The notes: generated by a model from the letters alone, not told the origin. Counted from the stretch's first letter, positions 27,610-38,424 are shown. The stretch: 64,000 nt of DNA from Deinococcales bacterium (GCA_043778225.1 JAYWGM010000028.1:32001-96000), one strand, 5' to 3'. Numbers and translations: made by a program.

Positions 27610-27698
27610 GGGCTAGTTTAAGGAAAAACTCGAGGATTTACGAGTGCCTTGCACCCACGCGACGCTGATGCGACGCTAGTCGTTATATACTTTGCTTC

Positions 27699-29576
27699 AT
27701 GAAAAAGATTCTGTGTGGATTGCTGTTTTTTCTCTTCTCGAGCGCTTCGGCATTTAATTTGCTACCACCAGTTCAAAATCTCGAGGTGGCTCGAGCCGCC
27801 CAGAGTCCCGCCAATTCTTGGACAATTTTGGTCTATTTGCACGCCGACCATAACCTCGACCCAAGCAGTGTCGTGGATATGCAGGAAATGCAGAAAATTG
27901 GCTCGAGCAACACCTTTAATATCGTGGTACAGTGGGATAGAAGCGAAGTTTCTGGGGTGCAGCGCGGTCTGGTTGGTCAGGGCAAATTTAATGTGGTACA
28001 AAAAATGCCCGAGCTAAATTCCGACGACCCCAAAGTGCTTGCCGATTTTGTTTCGTGGGGGATTCAAAAATATCCAGCCCGACGTTACGGCTTAATCATG
28101 TGGGACCACGGCGGACAATGGGATGGCGGCTTTGGTGGCGACGAAACCAGTAAAGGAAACGGCTTGAGTGTGGCGGATATGCGCCGTTCGATTCAAGCTG
28201 GATTAGCCCAAAGCCAACAAAAAAAGCTTGAGTTTTTGTCGTTTGACACCTGTTTGATGGGCGGTCTCGAGTTACTTGGCAGTTTTGCTGACCTAGCAAA
28301 TATTTACATTGCCAATCCAGAACTCGATTTTGGCGATGGTTGGGAATACACCAACACCTTTGGATATTTAAAAAATAACCCAAGTGTGCCAATGAATCTT
28401 TTTGCTGCTAAAGAAAACGAATACTGGGCGAAACACCACAGTATTGATGAAGCCGATATTTTGTACCGCGCCCACACCGCTTATGACTCGAGCAAACTGC
28501 CAGCCCTACTCACTGCCAGTAAAAGTTTCTCGAGCGCCCTGACCAACGTCTGGAAAAGCGAAACCGACAAACTCGCCACCCTTCGCAGTAAAGTTCTCGA
28601 GTACAACATCGATACCGACGAACCACGCGCTCCAAAAAACTATGTGGACTTAGGTCATTATGCTGCCCTGATTGGAAAAACCACTTCGGATGCTGCCCTA
28701 AAAACGGCGGCTGCCAATTTACAAACCGCAATCAAAAATTCGGTCTTAGCCAAAACCTTGGGTAAAAACAATCAAGCCGCCAGTGGCATCAGCATTTGGA
28801 TGCCAGCCGACAACAGCGAACTGCCCGAAGAAAGTGTCCTGACAGCTTACTCAAGCCTTTATAAAGTCAGCGATAGCGGTTGGAATGATTTTCTCGGGAC
28901 TTGGTTTGGCACAGTTGAGCAAAACCAAGAAGCCCCAACCCTCGAATTGCTCGAGAGCCGAAATTTGACTTCACCCAATGCTAATCGTCCTGCCGAAGTC
29001 GATTTTCGGGTGGCTGGCACAGATTTAGATGGTGTCTATGCCAGCATCGGGCGCGAAGTCGGCACAACCTTTAATCTGTACGGCGATTTATTCTTTGACC
29101 GAGCCGAAGAAGGCGAATTTACCGCCGAGTGGGATGGCAGTCTAATTTACTTGTCGGACGGTAAAAACCGCGATTTGTTCACTGGTTTTTTCCAAGATGT
29201 CGGCGATACGCTGCTGGCGGCGACGGCTCAGTATTCTGAACCCAGAGACCTCGAAACCACGCCAGTAATTGTCTTGATGAACGCCGAGACACTGCGGATT
29301 ACCGCCATGCTCGATGATTCTGGCTCGAGTCCACGAGAAATGACCGCCAAGCCGGGCGCGACCCTCGAGTTTGAGTATTTACGCTACGACAGCATAGACG
29401 ACGAAGACCCCGATTTTGCTGCCACGGGTGGCAAAGTGATCATTCCGGCGGCGGGCATAAAAGCCCTAAGAAGCAGTTTATCACCTGCCCCAAAAGGCAA
29501 CTATGTGCTGCTTTTTGGTGTGACCGACTGGGCTGGCAACGAACAAAATGACGAAGTAGCCGTCCGAATTCCATAA
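27699..29576 (+). CDS. clostripain (C11) family secreted cysteine peptidase
   Basis: Signal peptide; WTILVYLHADHNL, YPARRYGLIMWDHG (His) and FDTCLMG (Cys). Confidence 0.9.
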   Translation: MKKILCGLLFFLFSSASAFNLLPPVQNLEVARAAQSPANSWTILVYLHADHNLDPSSVVDMQEMQKIGSSNTFNIVVQWDRSEVSGVQRGLVGQGKFNVVQKMPELNSDDPKVLADFVSWGIQKYPARRYGLIMWDHGGQWDGGFGGDETSKGNGLSVADMRRSIQAGLAQSQQKKLEFLSFDTCLMGGLELLGSFADLANIYIANPELDFGDGWEYTNTFGYLKNNPSVPMNLFAAKENEYWAKHHSIDEADILYRAHTAYDSSKLPALLTASKSFSSALTNVWKSETDKLATLRSKVLEYNIDTDEPRAPKNYVDLGHYAALIGKTTSDAALKTAAANLQTAIKNSVLAKTLGKNNQAASGISIWMPADNSELPEESVLTAYSSLYKVSDSGWNDFLGTWFGTVEQNQEAPTLELLESRNLTSPNANRPAEVDFRVAGTDLDGVYASIGREVGTTFNLYGDLFFDRAEEGEFTAEWDGSLIYLSDGKNRDLFTGFFQDVGDTLLAATAQYSEPRDLETTPVIVLMNAETLRITAMLDDSGSSPREMTAKPGATLEFEYLRYDSIDDEDPDFAATGGKVIIPAAGIKALRSSLSPAPKGNYVLLFGVTDWAGNEQNDEVAVRIP

Positions 29577-29583
29577 GCCGAAC

Positions 29584-29606
29584 GAGGGCAGGCAATGCCA
29601 GCCCTC
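29584..29606. terminator. hairpin between convergent genes
   Basis: GAGGGC-AGGCAATGCCA-GCCCTC. Confidence 0.4.
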
Positions 29607-29670
29607 GAGAATCAAATTTTGGTGGGTTTTATGGTCGTCGCGTTTCTTACAAATGTGATGCTTTGAACAC

Positions 29671-31275
29671 CTATGGTGCGTCTATCGCTCGAGCCGCATT
29701 TAACAATCCAGCCCCACATTTCTCGAGCGGGCAAACCTCGAGCGCGGTGCGTGAAGCTCCAGCCAGAATTTTATTTTTAATCTCGAGCGGTGTCGCACTT
29801 GGGTTTATGGCTTTGAGCATCGCGGCAACCCCACTTACCCAAGGCGCAGCAAAAGACGTACCCATAAATAGGTTATAACCAAAGCCATCTGCGCCACTCG
29901 AGTTAAACGAAGCACTTTGGGTCACACCGGGCGCAACCAAACTGACCCAAGCACCCGGCACACTAAAATCTGAGGCAAAGTATTTTGTGCCATTCCATTT
30001 GACACTGCCAACGGCAATAATCGGTAACTCGAGGCTGTAGGCGGCTGGGTAATTTGGCACTGTGCCTCTGTTCCCCGCCGAGGCAACCAGCACGATTTTG
30101 GCTTGGGTCACAGCTTCTATAACTTGCTTAACAATACTCGAAGGTTGCTGAGTTCCCAGCGAAAAGTTAATCACATCTGGGGCTTGACTAATCGCATAGC
30201 AAAGACCTTCGATGACATCTATGCCTTTACATTTTGTGGTTTCATCGCAGACTTTGACGGGCAAGATTTTTGCTCCATCTGCGCCATTTGGTCCACTCTG
30301 ATTATTATTTCGAGCAGGCAGCACCCCAACTTGCCAAAATTGGGTGAAGTTCGTGCCAATTTCTGAATCCCGCGCCGCAATAATGGCGGCGACTGCCGTA
30401 CCGTGTCCGACTAATTTTCCAGTGGCATCTTTGGCATTATCGCCAGTGTCGGACTCGAGTTCAATTGCCAAGTTGGTGCGTTCGGTGGTGAAATTTTTTC
30501 CTGCTAACAGATTGGAGTCTACAAGATTAAAAAGATTCCTAAAATCGTAATGTTTAGAAACTCCAGTATCCAGTACCGCCACTCGAGGGGAGCGGTTTTG
30601 CATATTGGGCAGGAGGGTTTTCCAGTGCGTATAAGCGCGATCTAGCTCAAGGGTGGTAAATTCGTTTTTATGTTCTACGGTAGGTCCTGAATCGGAATAA
30701 CTTGCTCCTGTGCTAATTGTGTGTGGATTTGCTTCAAGAGTTTCAGGTATGTCACTGGCTGTGTCTACCGCTCGAGAAGTGCTGCCTTGTTGCTCGAGAA
30801 CAGCTAGGGTTTTACTACAAATACCTGTTGTTGAAGGATCGGCTGGTTTGAAGTCTACTAGGGTCATGCCTCCACGTTGAGCAGCCTGTGTGGCTTTACC
30901 TAAGTCCAGATTTTCCCTAAAAGTTACCAATGCTTGGTCTGCGAAATAATTATCTGGACTCGCAAGGATGTTTAAGTCTTTGCTACTTGCGAAGTCTTGA
31001 GGCGAGTTGGTTACAACAACATCATAAGAACCTGCTTGTATGTTTGGTGCTTTCACTTTTAGTTCTGTGGTTTGAAACGAATTAACACTGACTGTTTGAT
31101 TGCCAATCATAACTATGGAACTGCTCGAGAAACCTTTCCCAGTAATAATAATTTCTTCTAATGGTGCAACGAATCGGGGTCGTACTTTCTGAATCTCGAG
31201 TAGGGCAGGCGGACTTGTAGGATTACAAGCAACACAGAATGCTAGGGTACTGAGGAATAGTAAAAAGCGTTTCAT
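29671..31275 (-). CDS. S8 subtilase lipoprotein with an N-terminal IPT/TIG domain
   Basis: Lipobox CVAC; triad motifs VAVLDTG, HGTAVA and GTSFAAP; IIITGKGF IPT-like segment. Confidence 0.9.
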   Translation of the reverse strand: MKRFLLFLSTLAFCVACNPTSPPALLEIQKVRPRFVAPLEEIIITGKGFSSSSIVMIGNQTVSVNSFQTTELKVKAPNIQAGSYDVVVTNSPQDFASSKDLNILASPDNYFADQALVTFRENLDLGKATQAAQRGGMTLVDFKPADPSTTGICSKTLAVLEQQGSTSRAVDTASDIPETLEANPHTISTGASYSDSGPTVEHKNEFTTLELDRAYTHWKTLLPNMQNRSPRVAVLDTGVSKHYDFRNLFNLVDSNLLAGKNFTTERTNLAIELESDTGDNAKDATGKLVGHGTAVAAIIAARDSEIGTNFTQFWQVGVLPARNNNQSGPNGADGAKILPVKVCDETTKCKGIDVIEGLCYAISQAPDVINFSLGTQQPSSIVKQVIEAVTQAKIVLVASAGNRGTVPNYPAAYSLELPIIAVGSVKWNGTKYFASDFSVPGAWVSLVAPGVTQSASFNSSGADGFGYNLFMGTSFAAPWVSGVAAMLKAINPSATPLEIKNKILAGASRTALEVCPLEKCGAGLLNAARAIDAP

Positions 31276-34133
31276 GATTTTACTCCTTGTTGCGATAAGT
31301 AATTGTTGATTTCTGCATGGTATGCCATAAAAGACTCGTTGGCTGCGAATGGTTTAATTTGCTCGAGCCAGACAGTAGAATCTGTTTTAAGAACTTGACC
31401 TACTTCAAGTAAGTTGAGTAGTGCCAATAATTGATTTTCTGAATCGTGTAAAGAGTTAGCTTTTTCAAGTGCCAATTCATAATGCTCTTTAGCAGTTGTA
31501 TAATCTGCACGATAATAATGAGTTACACCAATGTTTAGGTGCGCTCGAGCTTCAGCCCACGGGTCGTGAAGAACTTGATTTAGGTGCAAGGATTCTTCAT
31601 ATGATTTGAGTGCTTTTTGAAAGTTTGCGTTTCGAGTATGAAATTCCCCTAAATTATTAAGCGTGCGAGCCATTCGGGTTTCATCACCTAGTTTTTTAAA
31701 CAACATAAAACTACGTTGATGTATCTCTTCTGCTCGAGGATGATTGCTGTGCGTATAAGTCACAGCTAAATTCATTAAACTATCAGCTATTTTCACATCT
31801 TCCTCGAGCGCTTGGCGGATGCTTAGGCTGGCTTCAAAGGCTTGTGCTGCTTCAACAAATTTCTTCTCGAGCCTATAAATCGTGCCTTGGATATTGAGCG
31901 CATCAGACCGTGCCAATTGGGCAGCGCTGTAACTTAGCCCCTCGAGTGCCGTAAATGCTTGATTGACCAAGACTTGCGCTTCCTCGAGTCGGTGCATTTT
32001 CAGTGCCAATAAGTTGGCTCGAGCTAACCATGCGTTGCTGCGTAAAACAGAGTCAGTCACACTACCTTCAAGTATCGCCAATTTGTCGAGCGTCTCGAGG
32101 GCAGCCTCGTGTCGTCCGTATCGCTCGAGTGCCGAAGCACGTTCGGTCAGGGCTTGGAGGCGTTCGGTGGCGTTGCGGCTGTGCTGGTCGGCGTGTTCAA
32201 ACCACTCGAGGGCGGCGGCTAAGTCACCGCGAATGCTGTGCTGTTTACCTGTCTCGAGAAACGCCAAGAGCATTTTGGCAGTGTCGGTGTCTTCCCAAGC
32301 GTTTACGGCAGCCAGCGCATGAACCGCCGCTTGGTTAGGTTGTAAAGCTCGAGCCGCCCGCAGGTGCAGAATTTGTTTTCTGGCTGGGCGAATCTGATGT
32401 AAGACCACTTCGCGGATTAAATCGTGCTTAAAATGCGTGCCATCGGTTTCTAAATGCAGCACATCGGAGACTGCCAATTCATCGAGGTTTTGGCTGATTT
32501 CCTCCAAACTGCGCCCAGAGACGGCACGTAAGATGCCAATGGTACTGCCGTCACCCAGTAGGGCGGCAACCTCGAGCAATTGCTGGGCGGTTTCGGGCAG
32601 ATTGGCTAAACGACTTTTTACCAAGTCGTGCAGTCGGCTGCTGTCTAAATTGGTGCGTAGTAGCTCGAGCAGATAAAATGGGTTTCCACCGCTTTTTTTG
32701 TGCAGCAGCGCCGTATCGGTGCTTTGTCCAAATGAAAGGCTCAGGTCAGTCACGGCTTTGGGGGTCAGTCCTTGAAGCTCGAGTTTGATGCCAAGCTGTT
32801 CTCGAGTTATCAATTCTAAAAGGTCGTGTAAATCGCTGCGCGGTGTTTCGGTATCGCGTAAAGTTGCCAGCAGCAGCAGCCCATGGGGGTTGGGTTGGTG
32901 CATCAGGTGCAGCATCAATTCTATCGATGTTTTATCTGCCCATTGCAAATCATCCAAGATTAAAACCGTGGTTTGGGTCGGATGGGTTAAAAGCGCCGTT
33001 AATGCCGCAAAAAGATGTTCTTTGCTCGGCTCGAGTTGGGTACTGCTGAGGCTGTCTGGAACAAATGCTGCCAGCGCTTGTTGCCATAACCGATTAAAGT
33101 CAGCCAAGCTGCGTTGGGTTAAAGCCAGTCTGACCAAGCGCTCAAACAACCCAAGTGATACCCCAGTAGGGGCTGCCACACCAGACAGCACCCACAAATT
33201 GGCGGTTTCTTGGGCGGCTTCTTGGGTTAATCGGGATTTGCCGACACCCGGTTCACCGGTCAAAAGCACCAAGCGGGCTGTTCCTTGGGCGGCTCGAGCC
33301 AGTTCGATGCGAATCAATTGTAATTCGTATTCCCGTCCAAACAGTGGCACGTTGGTTTCCTTGGCTTGCACAATTGCTTTGACTTGGAATTCTTGTTGAA
33401 TCGCAGCCAAACAACCTGCTGCATCACCTCGAGCCAAAACTAAAGCATCTCGAGTCGGACGACTTGGACCAAGTTCGAGTTCTTCTTGTAAACGCCGCTC
33501 GAGCTTAGAAAAAGCCGTTTGCGCCCGAATTTCACGCTTTAATGCCCCAGCCGTCAACATCAGTAAGCGAGTGGCATCTTCGCGGGGTGGCAAATGCTGA
33601 CTTTGGGTCTTCTCGAGTAAACTTAAAGCAGTTTCAAGGTTAAGTTGCTGCAATTCAAACCTTGCTAAACGCCAACTCAGTTCGGCATGGATTTCCTCGA
33701 GTTTTTCGCGCCAAGTCAGCAGCCACTCTTCAAAATCTGCCCCAAAGCCATCATCCCACTCTGGGAGGCGCACCCCCTCGAGCAATGCTCCACGGTAAAG
33801 CTCGAGCGCTGGCTGCCAATCGGTGGCTTGGTTGGACTCGAGGGCGGCGGTAAAAACTTCTATATCGCAATAAAAACCCTTTTGTAAAGACAGGGTTTCG
33901 TTGTCGCCCTCGAGCCATTTTTTGAGAACATCGCGGATGCTGATTCTGGCTGCCGAAAGGCTGTTGAGTGGGTCGGTGGCGCTCGACCACAGCAAATGTG
34001 CCAAGTCGCGCCGTGTGGCTCGCCCCTCGAGGGCTAAATATGCCAGCACCAGCATCGGTTTGATGCCCAGTTTTATTGCCCGTCCGCGAAGCTCGAGACG
34101 TGGTGTACCTAGCAAATGGAGTGCCAGTGTCAT
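31272..34133 (-). CDS. SARP/BTAD-AAA ATPase-TPR transcriptional activator
   Basis: LHLLGTP wHTH start; ALELYRGALL..FEEWL BTAD; GEPGVGKS; LDDLQWAD; GGNPFYL; C-terminal TPRs. Confidence 0.9.
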   Translation of the reverse strand: MTLALHLLGTPRLELRGRAIKLGIKPMLVLAYLALEGRATRRDLAHLLWSSATDPLNSLSAARISIRDVLKKWLEGDNETLSLQKGFYCDIEVFTAALESNQATDWQPALELYRGALLEGVRLPEWDDGFGADFEEWLLTWREKLEEIHAELSWRLARFELQQLNLETALSLLEKTQSQHLPPREDATRLLMLTAGALKREIRAQTAFSKLERRLQEELELGPSRPTRDALVLARGDAAGCLAAIQQEFQVKAIVQAKETNVPLFGREYELQLIRIELARAAQGTARLVLLTGEPGVGKSRLTQEAAQETANLWVLSGVAAPTGVSLGLFERLVRLALTQRSLADFNRLWQQALAAFVPDSLSSTQLEPSKEHLFAALTALLTHPTQTTVLILDDLQWADKTSIELMLHLMHQPNPHGLLLLATLRDTETPRSDLHDLLELITREQLGIKLELQGLTPKAVTDLSLSFGQSTDTALLHKKSGGNPFYLLELLRTNLDSSRLHDLVKSRLANLPETAQQLLEVAALLGDGSTIGILRAVSGRSLEEISQNLDELAVSDVLHLETDGTHFKHDLIREVVLHQIRPARKQILHLRAARALQPNQAAVHALAAVNAWEDTDTAKMLLAFLETGKQHSIRGDLAAALEWFEHADQHSRNATERLQALTERASALERYGRHEAALETLDKLAILEGSVTDSVLRSNAWLARANLLALKMHRLEEAQVLVNQAFTALEGLSYSAAQLARSDALNIQGTIYRLEKKFVEAAQAFEASLSIRQALEEDVKIADSLMNLAVTYTHSNHPRAEEIHQRSFMLFKKLGDETRMARTLNNLGEFHTRNANFQKALKSYEESLHLNQVLHDPWAEARAHLNIGVTHYYRADYTTAKEHYELALEKANSLHDSENQLLALLNLLEVGQVLKTDSTVWLEQIKPFAANESFMAYHAEINNYLSQQGVKS

Positions 34134-34338
34134 GTGGTGCTATTCTACTCGCCAAACGCCAATTGTGTTCCATAAGATAATCTACAAGGGCTTAGCTGAA
34201 AAGGGTCTGATTGCAATCTAGCCGTTGATTACAAACTCGAGTTGTGCGTTTGCGAATTTGTAGTGGCGGCGCGTATCATAAGGGCAAGAAACTCGTTTAT
34301 CGGTCTTGGTTCAAATTTTTTTAGGAGATGTGAAACGT

Positions 34339-35691
34339 ATGCCACCACTTGAAATCACCACAGATACGGTGATTGTCGGTGCGGGAATATCTGGTTTGAT
34401 TGCAGCCCATAAGCTGATTGAAGCTGGAGTGGATGTGGTGGTTCTCGAGGCAGCGCCGCGAGTTGGTGGGCGCTTACTGACCAAGGTGCTGCCAGACGGT
34501 ACAGCTTTTGATTTGGGCGGACAGTGGCTTGGTCCAGAAATGTGGCGCGTGACTCGGCTAGTACAAGAATTGGGACTCGAGACCTTTGCCCAAAACGAAA
34601 CTGGACGAATGGATTTAAGCGCCCAACCACTCTCGAGCATGGATCAACTGACCCAAGCCGAATGGGCGTGGTTTACGGCTAAAATCTCTTGGCTGGTCGA
34701 GCAAGTCAATGTCGAGCGCCCAGCCGAAACGCCCAATGCCTCGCAGTTGGATGTGATGAGCGTTGAGGAATGGAAATGTCAAAACCTCGAGTCAGAGTAT
34801 CTGCGGCACTTATTTGACCAGTTAATCCGCACCGAGTACACGATTGAACCCAAAGATTTTTCGATGCTGTTTTTACTCTACAGCGTTCGCAGCGCTGGCG
34901 GCTTTGAGGATTTAATAGACTTGGATGGTGGCAATCACACCATGCGCTTGACCCAAGGAATGCAAACGATTTGCACTAAACTTGCCGAAGAACTTGGGGA
35001 CAAATTGCACCTCAATTCTCAAGCCTACGAACTCGAGCATTCTGAAAATGGGGTACGGGTTATTTCTGAGGGCTTTAGTGTGACTGCCAAGCACGCCATT
35101 GTGGCGATTCCGCCCAACCAAGCCCAACGCATTGACTTTGATCCAGTGCTGCCGCGCCGCCGAATGAAGTTAATGCAGCGCCTCGAGATGGGCAGTGTGA
35201 TTAAGTGCTTTGCGATTTACGACCGTCCGTTTTGGCGCACCCAAACCTTAAAAGCCGTAGACCCCGACAACCTGATTTTTGACCACGCCATGGATGCCTC
35301 GAGCCACGACGACAAGCACCCAGCCTTGGTGGCTTTTATTGGCGGTGACGATGCGGTTTTTTGGTCTGACCGTCCGGCTGGAACACGCCGTCGGGCAGTG
35401 CTGGAAAATTTAGCGATGATTTACGGCGACGAAGCACTGTACCCACGCGATTACTTTGACCACGACTGGATGACCGAGCCATTTATTGGCGGTGGCTACC
35501 AGTGTTACGCTCCGCCCGGCGTGATGACCAATGGCTTTGAAGAATTGCGCGAACCGATTGGTAGAATTCACTTTGCGGGGACAGAAACCGCCGTTTGGTA
35601 CTATGGTTATGTTGAAGGCGCAATCGAAGCTGGTGAACGGGCGGCGCTCGAAGTACAAAAAGCCTTAGGCAAAGAACATAAAGAAGAATAG
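34339..35691 (+). CDS. flavin monoamine oxidase family protein
   Basis: GAGISGL, EA..RVGGR, DLGGQW and IHFAGTETA..YYGYVEGAIEAGERAA. Confidence 0.92.
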   Translation: MPPLEITTDTVIVGAGISGLIAAHKLIEAGVDVVVLEAAPRVGGRLLTKVLPDGTAFDLGGQWLGPEMWRVTRLVQELGLETFAQNETGRMDLSAQPLSSMDQLTQAEWAWFTAKISWLVEQVNVERPAETPNASQLDVMSVEEWKCQNLESEYLRHLFDQLIRTEYTIEPKDFSMLFLLYSVRSAGGFEDLIDLDGGNHTMRLTQGMQTICTKLAEELGDKLHLNSQAYELEHSENGVRVISEGFSVTAKHAIVAIPPNQAQRIDFDPVLPRRRMKLMQRLEMGSVIKCFAIYDRPFWRTQTLKAVDPDNLIFDHAMDASSHDDKHPALVAFIGGDDAVFWSDRPAGTRRRAVLENLAMIYGDEALYPRDYFDHDWMTEPFIGGGYQCYAPPGVMTNGFEELREPIGRIHFAGTETAVWYYGYVEGAIEAGERAALEVQKALGKEHKEE

Positions 35692-35707
35692 GTGCTAGAC
35701 TTTTTCT

Positions 35708-36304
35708 ATGTCGTATAGTCAGTTTTCTTTGAGCGAAATCCTCGAGCAATTCGAGCTTCATCTTGTGGATTCAAAGCCATTATTTGTAGCCATAGCACCT
35801 CGAGCGCCATCGGTTTTGTTGCGCGATTGGTTGGCAGAAAGTGTCCCCTTGGCACTCAATTTATCCACCGAAAAAGCCCGCTCTGAAGGCATTATCGCAC
35901 CAATTCTGCTCGAGGTTCGCCGCACCTTAGCGCATCGGGTTTCTTTATTCTCGGGTATAGATTTTACGGTGGACTCGAGCTTGGGCTTGAATGGCGAATG
36001 TGATTTTTTATTCTCAAAATCACCAGAGCAACTGTTGCTCCGTGCGCCAGTGGTGAGCGTGGTAGAAGCGAAAAACGAGAATTTTAGAAATGGTATTGCC
36101 CAAGCCTGTGCTGAAATGATTGCAGCTCGAATTTTTAACGAGCGCAAAGGGCAACCGCTTGAACGGGTTTTTGGAGCAGTGACCACCGGCGATATGTGGC
36201 GCTTTTTGATTCTCGAGAAAAATACACTGTATGCCGACAGTAACCGTTATGACCTAGATGACCTAGACAAAATTATTGGCATATTTTGTTCAATGCTCGA
36301 GTAA
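35708..36304 (+). CDS. conserved restriction-endonuclease-fold hypothetical protein
   Basis: EKARSE.IIAPIL, GECDF, VEAK, AQ..AEM and GAVTTG..WRF. Confidence 0.7.
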   Translation: MSYSQFSLSEILEQFELHLVDSKPLFVAIAPRAPSVLLRDWLAESVPLALNLSTEKARSEGIIAPILLEVRRTLAHRVSLFSGIDFTVDSSLGLNGECDFLFSKSPEQLLLRAPVVSVVEAKNENFRNGIAQACAEMIAARIFNERKGQPLERVFGAVTTGDMWRFLILEKNTLYADSNRYDLDDLDKIIGIFCSMLE

Positions 36305-36318
36305 GGTATGCTCAAAGC

Positions 36319-37128
36319 ATGGATTTTGCCCAAACCCTGCATGCCCGAATACTCGAAAAAAACACCCGCCTTTGCCTAGGCTTAGACCCGCGTCTCGAGT
36401 TCTACCAGACGACCCAACAAGCTGGGCAGCACTGTTTAGATGTTCTCGAGGCTTGCAGTGAACTGATTGCTTGCGTTAAACCTCAAGTGGCTTTTTATGA
36501 AGCCATAGGCATGGCTGGAATGCAACTGCTCGAGCAAATTTGTGCCACGGCTCGAGGCTTGGGAATACCGATTATTTTGGATGCCAAACGCGGTGATTTT
36601 CCAAGTACCGCCCAAGCCTACGCTAAGGCATGGCTGACTGGGCAACACGCTGGCAGTGCTTTAACCATCAATCCGTATTTGGGATTTGAAACGATCGAAC
36701 CTTTTTTAAGCACGGCTCGAGAAAATAACGGCGCGGTTTTTGTGTTGGTCAAAACCAGTAATCCCGGTTCAAAAGACCTTCAAGACCTCGAAACGAAAAA
36801 CGGCACTGTCGCCCAAGTTATCGCCACCCACCTCGAGACCCTGACCGATGCTTATGGTGCGGTTGGGGCAGTGGTTGGTGCAACCCACACATCCGAACTC
36901 GAGGCTTGGCGCAAGCTCATGCCAAATGTCTTGCTGTTATTGCCGGGGCTTGGCGCTCAGGGTGCAAAAGCCAGCGACTTAGCGGCAGCCTTTGACCAAC
37001 ATGGCTTAGGTGCAGTTGCCAGTGCCTCGAGAGGTGTTCAATATGCCAGTGCTGACCTAAGTGTACTCGCGGCTCGAGCAGCTGCGCTTAGTTTGCGCGA
37101 CCAACTTAACCGCGCCCTTCGTTTATGA
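36319..37128 (+). CDS. pyrF: orotidine 5'-phosphate decarboxylase
   Basis: LCLGLDP, KPQVAFYE, DAKRGD, KTSNPGS and PGLGAQG. Confidence 0.95.
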   Translation: MDFAQTLHARILEKNTRLCLGLDPRLEFYQTTQQAGQHCLDVLEACSELIACVKPQVAFYEAIGMAGMQLLEQICATARGLGIPIILDAKRGDFPSTAQAYAKAWLTGQHAGSALTINPYLGFETIEPFLSTARENNGAVFVLVKTSNPGSKDLQDLETKNGTVAQVIATHLETLTDAYGAVGAVVGATHTSELEAWRKLMPNVLLLLPGLGAQGAKASDLAAAFDQHGLGAVASASRGVQYASADLSVLAARAAALSLRDQLNRALRL

Positions 37129-37604
37129 TTCGCGCTGCTGTTACTGCCGATATTCCCAGACTGGCTCGAGTTCATGTCCAGTCGTGGACTGAAACCTATA
37201 CTGGTCTAATTCCCGACGATGTACTGTACAACATCATCACGCTCGAGTCTCGAGAATTGCAATGGCAGCGCACACTGGCAAGTCCTAAAATAGCGGTTTT
37301 TGTGGTAGAAGTTTCCGAAGCTGTGGTTGGTTTTTGTAGCGTGACTGTTACGGGCAATCAAGCCGAAATTTACACGCTGTATTTACTTAAAGCCAATCAG
37401 GGTTCTGGCATCGGCAAGCAGCTTTTTAAGGCTGGACTCGAGTATGCAAAATCAAATGGCGCAAAAAGCCTGACGCTCTGGGTTTTAGCAGATAATCCAA
37501 GCCGCAAATTTTATGAACACATGGGCGGGAATCTCGAGGATGAGCGGATTGAAAAAGTCGGCGGGGTAAATCTACTCGAGATGATGTACGAGTTTTGGCT
37601 TTAG
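37125..37604 (+). CDS. GNAT N-acetyltransferase
   Basis: QGSGIGKQL acetyl-CoA motif; N..R.FYE..GG. Confidence 0.9.
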   Translation: MIRAAVTADIPRLARVHVQSWTETYTGLIPDDVLYNIITLESRELQWQRTLASPKIAVFVVEVSEAVVGFCSVTVTGNQAEIYTLYLLKANQGSGIGKQLFKAGLEYAKSNGAKSLTLWVLADNPSRKFYEHMGGNLEDERIEKVGGVNLLEMMYEFWL

Positions 37605-37620
37605 GTTATTCTGGTTTGGT

Positions 37621-37980
37621 ATGAACAAAATCAACCTACAAGAAAAACTTGGGCTTTTTACTGACCACTGGAATCCTCGGATGCTTGGGCAAGTCAACGA
37701 CACCGCCATTAAATTAGTTAAATTCCAAGGCGAATTTGTTTGGCATAGTCACGAACTCGAGGATGAAATGTTTTTGGTGATTTCAGGCAATTTCGAGATG
37801 CACTTTCGAGACAAAATTGTGAATCTCGAGGCGGGTGAGTGTTTAATCGTGCCGCGAGGTGTGGAACATAAACCTGTGGCTCTTGAGGAAGTTTGTGTCA
37901 TGTTGATTGAACCTAGCAGCACGGTCAATACTGGCGCAGTTCTCGAGCAGCGCACCAGAAACGTTCTCGAAAAAATTTAA
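37621..37980 (+). CDS. cupin domain protein
   Basis: FVWHSHELEDEMF and VPRGVEHKP. Confidence 0.9.
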   Translation: MNKINLQEKLGLFTDHWNPRMLGQVNDTAIKLVKFQGEFVWHSHELEDEMFLVISGNFEMHFRDKIVNLEAGECLIVPRGVEHKPVALEEVCVMLIEPSSTVNTGAVLEQRTRNVLEKI

Positions 37981-38277
37981 TTATTCTGGCTCGAGGGTGC
38001 ATTGAAGCGGATGCCCTTCTGAACGCGCCATATCCTCGGTTTGCATGACTTTGGTTTCGGCAATCTCGAAGGTGTAGACCCCAGCTAACCCCGCCCCCGC
38101 GTGGTGAACCATCAGCATGATGCGCTCGGCTTCGGGTTCGGATTTACGAAAAACCTGTGTCAGGACATCCACCACAAATTCCATTGGGGTGTAATCGTCG
38201 TTTAAGAGCATCACTTTCCACAATTTTGGTGTGGCAGTCTGGCTTTTTTCTCGAGTTAAGGTACGGGTGTCGCTCAC
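37981..38277 (-). CDS. clpS: ATP-dependent Clp protease adaptor ClpS
   Basis: LLNDDYTPMEFVV, MLMVH and EIAETKV. Confidence 0.95.
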   Translation of the reverse strand: MSDTRTLTREKSQTATPKLWKVMLLNDDYTPMEFVVDVLTQVFRKSEPEAERIMLMVHHAGAGLAGVYTFEIAETKVMQTEDMARSEGHPLQCTLEPE

Positions 38278-38424
38278 AAGAAGATATTGTACCAGCTTTG
38301 CGCCTTGAGATAAAATTCGGCTGCTGAATAATGGAATACGGGGTACTGTTTTCGTTTCAGTTTCGCATCAGCCGAACCATTGATAATCAGCGTTCGCCCC
38401 ACAAGGAGCGACGGAGGTTCAACC

